The notes beneath the pieces were generated by a model. The model was not told the DNA's origin and searched no databases. It saw only the letters and a program-made list of their open reading frames with translations. 64,000 nt of DNA from NCBI GenBank assembly GCA_977017575.1, contig CDRNVI010000029.1, positions 372,001 through 436,000 on the forward strand, given 5' to 3'. Positions 10,055-20,564 of this stretch are shown one piece after another. The stretch's first letter is position 1. Each line of letters opens with the position of its first letter. This DNA is from Paramoeba atlantica (Eukaryota; Protista; Discosea). A program made the translations under genes and the position numbers.

Positions 10055-11779
10055 ATGAAGTCGACTGCGACAGCAGCACTCTCACAGGCTCCTCTTGCGT
10101 TTTACGCCACTGAGTACGCGCTTCGTAAAAGAATACTTCCGCAGTACTCCACAAAAGATATTCGAAAAGTTTCTCAAACTGATGGCATTCAAGGATCGAG
10201 TGTTACAGGCGTAGAGAAGACTACATTAGAGAACCACTGCAGTTCTTTCTTCCGAATCAAAGAGAATTCTGTAAATGGTACTAATAAAGTACATAAGTTT
10301 GGTGCTGAACATTCCTGCGAATATTCCTTAATTTATGCTGGTGATATTTTGGAACATTTAACAAAACAAAGTCCTCTTGACATTTTTGAATTGGCGGGAT
10401 TACAACCAACTGGATCCACACAAAGCGATTTGTTGCATCTTTTTCGCCGAATCGTTGTTCATCACAAGAAAGCTCCTAGTGATGTGTTGCGCTCCTGTGC
10501 ACAAGAGATTATGGGCTACCTCAGACTGAAAGAGGTAACCAACATCCAAATGGATGACATTGTTTGTGTTATTGATGCCTTCGCTTATTTAAAAATCTTA
10601 GATGAATACTGGTCCTGTTTTCTACAAGCTGCCGAATGGGTGATAGAGCACGAAGCCGAATTGTGTAGAGCACACCTCGCACCAGTGGGATACGCATTAA
10701 TAGAGCTGTACAGTAATCACACAAAAACCCAAAAGCAAGTTTTTCAATGCCTGTTAAGCAGCATTCTGCAGAGGGCAAAATTATTTTCCACTATGTACAT
10801 TGAGCGTCATGACGAAATTAATTTCAACGAGCACCTACTAGGAAACCTGACAATTAAAGGAGGATGCACAACTCTGCTGCACGACGACGGCATATCGCTG
10901 GACCGTAAAAATCACGCGCGTCATGTTCCACAAAAAACTAGCCTACTCACAGTTCACGAAATGGCTATATTGTCCAACGCCGTTCATCTTCTCGAATTAT
11001 CACAATACGAGATGACGTTTCTTAACTCATGTACACAGCAATTGATACGTTCGTTGGATTATTGCTCTGTCATAGACCTGAGCTGCATATTATACTCCGT
11101 TGTGCAGGCCTCTCTGACAAACTCGGGAACGGCCCTGGTTGTACACGATCAGTATGCGGCAGATATCCGATCAAGTTTAGCTTCATGTGAAAGAAGGACG
11201 TATGAATTGTCCTGCAATATGGACCTTCCGTCACTTTGCTTTACACTTGACGCCTACAGTTACGTACCAGTGCTTAGTGTTGATACTTGTTCTTCATTAT
11301 GCGATAGAGTACTTCAACTGTGGACCGGTCGAATCCCAGAATCAAGCTATTCACACAGTCTTCCTGTATCTCTTATTCGTCTATTAACATTTTTTGAGTT
11401 CAAGACAGGTTTTCCTACAACGAAGGACCTTCATATTTCAATAAATACAATCAAAGATGCGACGTGCATGGTCGCGAGTACATTTTCTTCAATAGAATAT
11501 CGATTTGAGAATGATCACTTGTACTTTCTTCTCTACGAACTGCTACAATACTTTGAAAATTTTGACAAGACCTTCTGGTCTTCGAATGAGGAGACTGTAT
11601 CTATGCAACGGAACCCACAAAGTATATTATTTTCTCTCCTTGATGTGGTCATACGACGCTTGTATAAATCACTTAATAGCGTAATATCTAACCCAAGTAT
11701 GAAAAAGAAATATCTTTCTCTGCTTCAATCTGCGACAACACGAAAACTTTGCTCCCGTCATTTTTACAAAAAATGTTGA
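10055..11779 (+). CDS. Hypothetical alpha-helical repeat protein (FASTK/OPR-like, tentative)
   Basis: 574-aa ORF with recurring helical motifs such as IDLSCILYSVV and LPSLCFTLDAYS; family uncertain. Confidence 0.6.
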   Translation: MKSTATAALSQAPLAFYATEYALRKRILPQYSTKDIRKVSQTDGIQGSSVTGVEKTTLENHCSSFFRIKENSVNGTNKVHKFGAEHSCEYSLIYAGDILEHLTKQSPLDIFELAGLQPTGSTQSDLLHLFRRIVVHHKKAPSDVLRSCAQEIMGYLRLKEVTNIQMDDIVCVIDAFAYLKILDEYWSCFLQAAEWVIEHEAELCRAHLAPVGYALIELYSNHTKTQKQVFQCLLSSILQRAKLFSTMYIERHDEINFNEHLLGNLTIKGGCTTLLHDDGISLDRKNHARHVPQKTSLLTVHEMAILSNAVHLLELSQYEMTFLNSCTQQLIRSLDYCSVIDLSCILYSVVQASLTNSGTALVVHDQYAADIRSSLASCERRTYELSCNMDLPSLCFTLDAYSYVPVLSVDTCSSLCDRVLQLWTGRIPESSYSHSLPVSLIRLLTFFEFKTGFPTTKDLHISINTIKDATCMVASTFSSIEYRFENDHLYFLLYELLQYFENFDKTFWSSNEETVSMQRNPQSILFSLLDVVIRRLYKSLNSVISNPSMKKKYLSLLQSATTRKLCSRHFYKKC

Positions 11780-11851
11780 GATAATGGCATGCGGATCTAG
11801 CAACAACGATATACAAACGATGTACCATGTTTGTACAGTTTCGTCTTATTT

Positions 11852-11876
11852 AAGATACAGTTTCTGTACCTTGTTG
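11852..11876 (+). other. Spliced-leader exon-like sequence at 5' end of retroelement copy B
   Basis: AAGATACAGTTTCTGTACCTTGTTG; identical to the copy at 333-357 (-); not followed by the GT of an SL intron. Confidence 0.75.
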
Positions 11877-11923
11877 AATTAATTTTCATCTTTTGTACTA
11901 ACTGTTATCACCCCTATAGGGGC

Positions 11924-14900
11924 ATGTCACTCCACACCACTACCTCTGCCCTCCAGGCGCAAGGCGACCTCCCTCGAGGATCTGCTGGCGCAAAATCTTC
12001 ACGCAAGCATACCTTCAACTTCACAGAAAAAAGTGCGATTTCTGTAAAAATAAGACACTCAACTTCCACATCATGGCTCTATTTCCCTGACATCCACGCG
12101 GCGGCTTGTTTTCTAACCAAGAAGAGGCACTTCAATGCCGAAATTTCAGCGGAACTTTCCTTAGCACGAACCCTTGAAACAGGAGCAAAGCGATCTGATG
12201 GTATATTATTAGAAAAATGCACTTTACAAGACTTAATGAACGAGGAAGCATGCGAACATTTCGTATTCCGCGAAATTGCACCGCCACACAGGATATTCCG
12301 GCACACTAGCTGGGCGACAGCACACGCAGACGCATCTCTACAGCTCGATAAACAGTACTCTTGTCCTGGAACCCTTGGACGCGCCATCAAGAAGAAACTG
12401 GCTGGGAACAACATCTCGGGACTTGCGGCGTTCGACCTAATCCACGTCCACACTAAGGAAGTACACGATGAAGGCTCTTGGGAAAGAACTAGGATTGAGT
12501 ACGGCGAACCTTTCCTGATCCGGAAGCACAACCAGGCGGCGGCACAAGGAACGCGGACAGTGCGGGAACAACCTTGTGCCCACCGCTGCTTGAATAAACG
12601 CACCTGTCTCCACCCGTGTTGCAAAGCTGGGATGGAACCCGAGCTCACCAACAATCGTCCAGAGGAACCGGGTGGCCACGCACCAAACAGAAGTCATCCG
12701 CTGCCTCGTCCAACGGACGAACCGACCCCCAACCACGAAGCTCGACCCGGCCGTACTCAACCGTGTGCTCATCGATGTTTGAACAAGCGCATATGCCCCC
12801 ACCAATGTTGCAAGATCAGTATTGACCCCGAACCTATCGACCACCCCTCACCTCACCCAGATATGCAGAGAGCAGATAGTGCAATCCAAAAGTCTGATGC
12901 CAGGCCTGATGCTACACCATGGCTTCGAGATGAACAAACGTCTAGCACATGCGCGACACCTCGACGATCATGTAAACACATTTGCCAAAACAAGCAACAA
13001 TGTAAGCACATGTGTCGCAAGATTGGGGCAAAGATCGACCCTAGAAGACTTGAATCCCTAAACGAAGAAACAACAGTAATTGCCACCCCTCCCTCACCCG
13101 CCCCACGCACTCAGACACCGCCAGACAGGAATCTGCATCACATAACAACGTCGGAAGAACAAGAACACTCGCGCAGGCCCTGCAAGCACGTATGCCGCAA
13201 CAATGCCGAATGCAAACACCAATGTTGTAAGGAGGGAGTACTCAGCCGCCCTCAGGACGCTCGGCAGGAACCCACCCGCTGGAGCCTACGCAACCTCTTC
13301 TCGTGGAATCTGTCTAACAACGAGACAAACGGACAAGCACCTGCTGGTCACAGCGAAAGATCCGTAGCTTCTGAGCCCCAAAGGCAGGTAGAAACCAAAA
13401 TAGGCGCCGCACGGAGTTCACCACGAGATCAGCGCCACGAAAGGCGCTCCACAAATGCCTCCGAAGAAACCCGCATCAATCAGTCTCCACGACAACCAGC
13501 ACATCCACCGGTGAACAACCTAACCTCGGAACCGGCGCCAACCTCCGGAATTGAAAGTAACACACAGACGCTTACCCAGACTCTCCCACCGCGGGGCGGA
13601 CCACGGCAGACCCACGGGCCGAATGACAGCACGATCCTGAACTCACAGAGGAATAGATCTCGAAATGAAAACGTATTAGACCCCGAGACGGCTGAATACT
13701 TGTTAAGCACCACGCGTGCGATCGAAGGAGGTCGGGTCATGATAAGCCTCTCACAGGACCAATGGCAGCTGGCAATAAAGAAGGCCATGGATAGATGTAA
13801 AAAGTACTTAAAGCCTGCATCAACCCCGAGCGAAGCCCTACTACATGCCGAATTACTGACAGCTTGCATGGCGGTCTCGGTTTATGAAGTTGTACGGGAA
13901 CTTGACTCCACCAAAGGGTTCAAATTGCGCTCGAAAATTGGCCATGCGAAACGCCCCACACGACCCCTTAGCTATGACCGCTCTGCGAAGCAACTAGCAG
14001 GACACATCCGTCAACTGAAACGTACTCTTTCCTTTACCCACGGACGCTCAGAAAGGGACCGCTTGATCGGCAACATAAAAGAAGCGACCAAAGCGCACAA
14101 GCTGTACACGGAAGAAGCGAAACTAGTCAGGCAAGAACGAGAGAAACGCTGGATGATGGACAGGTTCCAAAGAAACCCTTGGACAGCAGCCGGAGAGTGT
14201 CTTGACAAGAACGAGCAACTGGTAAATCAGCCGGCAAACTTTCCAGACTGCTCGCAAGCAGCTATCGAAACATTTTTCCAAGAATCGTTAAGCACGGACA
14301 CGGAAGATCATAGTCTACCTCCAACAAACCTCCTTGGCCTGGATCTAGAGAATGCAATGGAATGGGAAGCAATCGACATACCAACCATAGCAGCGGCAAT
14401 CTCCTCGAAACGCCCCTCGGCTGCCCCAGGCTCCGATACCGTGGGAAACGCATTTCTCCGACGCTGCGAAGAGCTCTACCCGTTCATCGCGCAAGTCTTC
14501 AATGACATACTGAAGCATTCGGTCAGCCCTCCCTATTGGAAACAGGCCGTCACCTGACTCATCCATAAAGGCGGAGCTCCCAACCAATTGTCCAACTGGA
14601 GACCCATCAGGCTAACGAGCTGCCTTGGTAAGTTACTCCACTCTATTATTGGCCACAGAATCTTGAGCCATGCTGTGACGACAGGAATAATTGACACAAC
14701 CATACAAAAAGGATTTTTGCCAAACGCAAATGGAACTATCGAGCATACCCAGTCACTCTGTGAACTATTGGACTTTCAACGACAGCATAAACGACAATAC
14801 TGCCTTGGTCAATTTGACTTAAAGAACGCGTTTGGTTCTCTCCCGCACTCCATTCTCTTTCAAGTCCTAACGTGGGCAAAGGTATCACCTCAAATCATCG

Positions 14901-16428
14901 CGTACATCCGCTCCCTATACCATGATGCGACTATCCGGATCAAATGTTCGGAAGGGCTGACCAAACACATCCCCGTCAAACGAGGTGTTCTCCAGGGCGA
15001 CACACTATCCCCCGTACTATTCAATCTCGCCATGGAAGTGGTTCTACGATATCTCCGATCGAGCTTCCCTAGCTATGGTATTAAATGGGGCAACCAAGAG
15101 TCGTTCTTAAAAGCCTTTGCAGACGATCTGGCTATCATCACGAACTCGGCTGAAGAAATGCAACACGTGACGAACGCCCTGGTGAACATGCTTTCCAGGT
15201 TAGGCATGCGCCTTAACGTACCGAAATGTCGTCTCCAACACATGTCTGTAGCAGAAGGCGGATATAAGACCCACAGACCCCGTATCTTGGCATACGGTGA
15301 GAGTATTCCCAACGTTTGCGACAAAGGAAGTCAGTTCCTAGGTATGACACTCGCGCCGGGGGCCCAACAAGGGAAAGTACTGTTCAAAAGTCTACGAGCG
15401 AAGTTCTGTACTCTGAACGCGGCTGGGCTCTCACCAGCCTGTCTAAGCTTTGGTTACTCTGCACAGACACAACAGTTGAACAGATGAAAAAATCCCGTGA
15501 TCCAGCAGTGCAACAAGCGCTGAGATATCGCATCCGTCGTGAACACGACAAACGTTTTTCCGGACAAGTGCGACCAGTCGTCGAGTTGTACGACCGCAGT
15601 GGAAATCACGCATCGACACCGCAGTACATTGAACATGAATACGAAAGACATCTTTCAGAAGCTGTGCAGCGTCGAGCACCAATCGCGGGGCAGTGGTTTC
15701 GCATGGCTACAGAAGACGACCTCGCGAAAGACTTCGCTGCTGCTCTGTGCAATATTAAAAGTACGTCGCTCTCCAGATTTGCTTCATCTGTTCTGACACA
15801 GACACCGCTTCCGACCTGATCCGCCTTACACCGCTGGGGCCTCAGTTCCCACACGAACCGTAAATGCCCCATTTGCACAGAAGACGTACAAACTGTGCGC
15901 CACGTTCTAACAGGCTGCAAGGCCGCCCTGCAACAGGGGCGGTATACCTTCCGTCACAACCTCATTCTACACGCCCTTGCAGATGCTATTCGACAATCCC
16001 CCGAAACCGCACAGTGTCACTTTGACCTCGCTCACCATCAGAATCCGCAAACCTGGCTGAGCGGGCAAGAAACGTCCCTCCGACCTGATGGATGGGTCCA
16101 ACTTAAGAACGGTTCTGAGTTCATACTCGAACTGACATCTCCGTGGGAGGAAAACTTTATCTCCTCACACGAACGGAAGATGCATAAGTATGGACATATG
16201 TATCTACAAAGGAAAATGTCGAACCCCGCCACATTTCTCCTGGCCATTGAAGTAGGAGCCAGGGGAAAGCTCAACAGCTCAACTCGAGCACTGAACTCCC
16301 TTTTTGGTGGAAACAAGGCCACCGCCTCGCGATGTCGGCAGCATATGGTAACAAGAGCCCTTAGTGGGAGTTTCAAAAATTTTAATGATCGCGACATTGA
16401 GCAGTGGAGTGAGGGCACGTGCTGGTGA
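11924..16428 (+). pseudogene. Single retrotransposon ORF (Zn-finger repeats, RT, CCHC, RLE) with two in-frame TGA and a deletion/frameshift
   Basis: In-frame TGA at 14555-14557 and 15817-15819; frame change with apparently missing post-RT sequence near 15430-15480. Confidence 0.88.
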
Positions 16429-16954
16429 AGAGTTTTAAAAACCTAGGAGAAACTCGTTTTGTGCGAGGATTGCGTGCTAGTCATGCATCTTCTAGGTATC
16501 AATCTCTGCAGTTTAACTGCATGAATATCAAAAAAAAATCTCTCAAAAAAAGATAGAAAAAATTCTATTAAGTGGAATTAAATAAGTAAAAGGAACAAAA
16601 CTAAATACTATAGTTTACTATCGTTTTGTTCTTTTTTCTTACAGGAGCGATACTTGTTTTACAACGAGACGGCCTTTTTGCTACATTTTTCGTGCACGCT
16701 AACCCACGCTATCCTAGCGTTTACGGGCACTTCCTCTTAGCGATACTTTTGATGGGATTAACTCTTGCCGCGGATTGGCACTAATTTGTGACCCACCAAT
16801 GGCTTTTCTTCACGGAAGCCGGGTAAAGCTAGTGTAGGGGGCGGTGTATGATTTATGCTTATATGAGATGTTTATATGGGTATGTCTCTATGTTTTTATG
16901 AGATTATTTTCATCTTCTGAGCTCAATTTGACTTTAGTTTCAATTTTTTAGTTG

Positions 16955-19093
16955 ATGATAGGAATTGGCGCATTACGACGTACTGGTGGGGTCCTCTTTC
17001 GCCTAAAAATAGAAAAACCGAATTGGTTTCTAAAGGAAACAAGTATGGAGTGTTACGTCGAGAAAGTAAGGCGGAAGCGCCATGAGCTCGAAGGAAAATG
17101 GGGAAAGCATTATATCTCCCATCAACCACTATGGCCTTCGGCTTGGGATATGGAATTCGAAAACACAAACAAACTTGTTCGAGAAAAGCGTGTACTTCAT
17201 TTGAGCGACCCGAAAAGACCCACAGTTGCTCTGGCCGATAAACAGCCGAATACTCAAATAGCAAACACGAATCATGATTCCTCGGTTTCAACACGCTCGG
17301 AGCCATCAGCTCATTTGAGCTTTGTTCCATATCCCAGAATACGTACCGATTCGATCATAACCTCGCAAGTGCCTCTTAAAAGTGAACTAAGTCATGAACA
17401 ATGGGGAGAGCTAGGATTCGACCCGGTGTTATGTGACCGATTGGTTTCTTGTATCGGTTCGAAGCCATCCAAAGCACAGGCACGAATTCTTCCAGTTTTA
17501 CTTAATGAGCAGTGTGATATTTTAATAGCTGCCGGCGAAGGCAGTGGTTTGACTTCTGCGCTGCTGGCTTCGATTGTCCATGGCGTACGTTGTGAGGATG
17601 AAGGACTAAATTTTGTTTTGTGCAGCAGCGTTGAAAGCTGCGAAAAGTTTTACAATCGGTTAATTCATTTCGCAAAACCTTACGGAGGAGCCATAGTGAG
17701 CAGGCACATAGACAGTAAATCAAATTCATGGGCAAAACTTGCACAATACCGTGAAGACGCTGAACAATATGCAGAGGCATTACTCCGTTCGCGACACGAC
17801 CCGGTCGGCCCGATTAGATTGGTTATTACAACTCCTGAGGTGTGGAATGACTTAGAGACTCGTAAGCCAGGTTTGAAATTTAATTCACTGGGCCTCTTGC
17901 GGCGCGTCTATGTTGATGATATCGACAGGCAACTTTGCCTGCCTCCTGAGTATCTTTCGATAAGAGAGATTAAAGAAAGAGATGCCAATCCATCAGCCAT
18001 AGAACTTACACTAGCCTCGATCCACCAGCGACTTTCAGCCCCTACGCGTTCAGCTTGTCAAATTGTGTGTGTAGGCTCTAATGTCTGTACCAAAGCAAAG
18101 AAACATCTCAAAGAGTTATGTTTGAATCCTTTTAATACAAGATACATGCTTTGCATGGAAAGGATACCTTCTACCATTCGTTTTTCACACGTTTTTCATA
18201 GAAGGAAATCCCGATACTCAACCATAATTGATTTAGCTCAACAAATTAAAATACCTGGAAGAATGTTGATTTGTGTAGCGGATAACGATGATGTGATGGA
18301 AGCTCGATTTAAGCTTCGTAGTGAAGGCATGGCAGCGATGCTTTTGGACGACGTGATATTACCAAACAGTTACGGAAGTATTTCGGAGGAAATGGTGTTA
18401 GAGAGACATTTCCAAGGGAAACTCCGCATATCTCTAGACTGGCGCTTTCTTATACTAACGGAAACGCAACTTACATCATTTGGCGGTTTTCCACTTGTGA
18501 GTCACATTGTAGTGGCATGCATCCCACACAATCGATATCAGTACCTTCATTTCTTGCGACCGATATTAGGGTGTGGTAAAAGTGCTTGGTGTATTAATAT
18601 GTGGCCTACTAAAAGTACCCCCCAAGTAGCGGAGATTCTTGGTGAGTTAGATATCGACATTACGCAGAACGCTGTAGACGGAGATGAGTTGCGTTGTATA
18701 TCACCACAAGAGATGGCCCTTCGTGTGGCACCTCCAGAAAGGTGGGATTTGGATCCTCAGAGAAGCGTAATCGACATGTATTGTTCAGAAGAAGACCCGG
18801 TTGCTCGTGCGAATTCTCAACTTTTTCGTCGGGATGACACTTCCACGTCCTACATTCGCGAAGATTACACTCCTTTGAGTCAGCAAAAAAGAGAGTACAA
18901 AAGAGCTAGAAAACTTTTTAGCTCCGTAGGTACGAATTCTGAGCTTTTACATAGAATGATTGAAGGGGAATTTATTAGACCCGACGACGCTAAGCCCACG
19001 AGAAAACTTTGGTCGTGGTTGAAAGCAGGTCAGTCAACTAAAGAACGTAGAGCCCAGGAATATGATGCTGAAAAGCGAACAGGTCTTTTCTAG
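16955..19093 (+). CDS. Degenerate DEAD-box-like helicase, probably mitochondrial
   Basis: Q-motif-like WGELG...PSKAQARILP; motif I GSGLT (K replaced); TTPE; motif II VDDID instead of DEAD. Confidence 0.7.
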   Translation: MIGIGALRRTGGVLFRLKIEKPNWFLKETSMECYVEKVRRKRHELEGKWGKHYISHQPLWPSAWDMEFENTNKLVREKRVLHLSDPKRPTVALADKQPNTQIANTNHDSSVSTRSEPSAHLSFVPYPRIRTDSIITSQVPLKSELSHEQWGELGFDPVLCDRLVSCIGSKPSKAQARILPVLLNEQCDILIAAGEGSGLTSALLASIVHGVRCEDEGLNFVLCSSVESCEKFYNRLIHFAKPYGGAIVSRHIDSKSNSWAKLAQYREDAEQYAEALLRSRHDPVGPIRLVITTPEVWNDLETRKPGLKFNSLGLLRRVYVDDIDRQLCLPPEYLSIREIKERDANPSAIELTLASIHQRLSAPTRSACQIVCVGSNVCTKAKKHLKELCLNPFNTRYMLCMERIPSTIRFSHVFHRRKSRYSTIIDLAQQIKIPGRMLICVADNDDVMEARFKLRSEGMAAMLLDDVILPNSYGSISEEMVLERHFQGKLRISLDWRFLILTETQLTSFGGFPLVSHIVVACIPHNRYQYLHFLRPILGCGKSAWCINMWPTKSTPQVAEILGELDIDITQNAVDGDELRCISPQEMALRVAPPERWDLDPQRSVIDMYCSEEDPVARANSQLFRRDDTSTSYIREDYTPLSQQKREYKRARKLFSSVGTNSELLHRMIEGEFIRPDDAKPTRKLWSWLKAGQSTKERRAQEYDAEKRTGLF

Positions 19094-20130
19094 AAAACAT
19101 TTTGCTCTGAAGTATCCTGTAGCCTATGTAAACCCCTGGCCAAAATGAGGCACCCCCCTCTAAAAATTCGATGCTTTGCTTGTTTGAGCTAATTTCAATG
19201 GCATTTTGCAGATCTCAGTTCGGGATTTATGTCCTCCCACACTTGGTCACTAGTCCTATAGCTATTTATAAAGTGGAAACTATTTACCACTTTTTTACCT
19301 TTTCGCCACCTAGTTCGACGCAGGCCTTCAGTCTACGATCGAAACTTAAGATGGTATCATTTATCATCTCAGTCGGTAAAGAACTCCATGTGTTTAGAAT
19401 ACACCTTTGCAGTTCGGAAACTGTAGATGGTAGCTTTTCATTTACGTCTTGTTGTACCATTGACCATATGTTTTCAATGGGAGAAAGATCGGGAGAATTT
19501 GGGGGCCAATTTTTTAGTAGATTAATTTTTCGTTTGTTCAGGTAATTTATGGTGGCCTTGGCCGTATGAGCGGTGGCACCATCTTGTTGAAATATTCTTT
19601 TGCGGGGGAAATAAACATGTTTTAGTGTGTCTATGTATGTTTCGTGGATAATAGAGGTCCTGCTGGATAAAAATTTTAAGCATCTCCAGTTAATTCCTAT
19701 AGCACCCCACACCTGACACTTAGGCGCCCAGCGCACCTTTAGTCTCTTTGCAGGGGTCTCTCCTTTTTTTACCCACATTTTCATTCGATTATCGTTTGTA
19801 TCAAACACCTTCTCATCTGAGAATATCAATTTCGATGTGTCCTCTTTGTAATTTAAAGAAAACTGTACGCGTTTTTCTTTTTGTACAGCCATACCCTGGT
19901 GGGTAATAGGTGGTAATTTACCACCTATTACCACCTATTACCACATTTTACTGGCTACTCCAGCATAGAAAAATATTCCCTATGAATTCGATACATAGTT
20001 CAAGAAATGTCTTTAAACAACAATGCATATGCTATGCGACGTAATTACTGGTCTGTTCTACACGCTATGACATTTTCTTTGTTCTTTAGACTGCTGTTTA
20101 ACATTATTTTATTCCTCCGAGAAATTCTAA

Positions 20131-20526
20131 TTGATGAGAGGACGACCGCCCGTCGCAAACATACCAGTACGCATTCCGAGGCCTCCCCATCGGCCATCCG
20201 CAATCCCTCATAACCAAATTAATAAAATTTCTTCCACCTCGCAAGGGAATGGACCCCCTTCTATGTACTCTCCTGGCAGCCGGAACTCCCACGATGACAC
20301 CCTATCTCAACATACCAGTCATACCCCGGAGCCTGTACAAGATACGGTCGATGGCACAGTTTGTCGGAGCTCTCGGAGCAAAACAGATCAGCTGAATTCT
20401 GCAGATTTACCGCCGAAGAAAAGCAGAACTCGGTCAAAATCCAAAGAACTTTCCGATGCAGTTGCTCAACGCATTGTAGAAGGGTCAGCTAGCTCAGCCT
20501 CTCAATTCTCCAGGAATCCCCGCTGA
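20131..20526 (+). CDS. Low-complexity ORF, probably the frameshifted N-terminus of the hAT-like transposase
   Basis: Overlaps an open reading (QESPLNTALKKKDRRSGNVEDP) that leads into the 20565 ORF in another frame. Confidence 0.4.
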   Translation: MMRGRPPVANIPVRIPRPPHRPSAIPHNQINKISSTSQGNGPPSMYSPGSRNSHDDTLSQHTSHTPEPVQDTVDGTVCRSSRSKTDQLNSADLPPKKSRTRSKSKELSDAVAQRIVEGSASSASQFSRNPR

Positions 20527-20564
20527 ACACTGCACTTAAGAAGAAGGACCGGCGTTCAGGAAAC

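Larger units (their letters stand above)
11852..16538 (+). mobile_element. Full-length but disrupted RLE-type non-LTR retrotransposon (HERO/NeSL-like), copy B
   Basis: ORF from ATG 11924 to 16428. RT motifs: APGSD, NWRPIRL, QKGF, DLKNAFGS, GVLQGDTLSP, FADDL. C-terminus has CPIC..H...C knuckle, RYTFRHN, RPDG, ELTSPWE, EVGARG. Short 3' UTR ends in an A tract at about 16530-16538. Confidence 0.92.

Noticed and set aside
14555-15819. TGA reassigned to an amino acid
   Set aside because: Host genes such as the FtsH-like gene (7396-7398) end in TGA, long host ORFs have no internal TGA, and the element also has a frameshift.
16530-16560. Target-site duplication for retroelement copy B (AAGATA near both ends)
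   Set aside because: Only 6 nt in A-rich sequence; insufficient to call a TSD.
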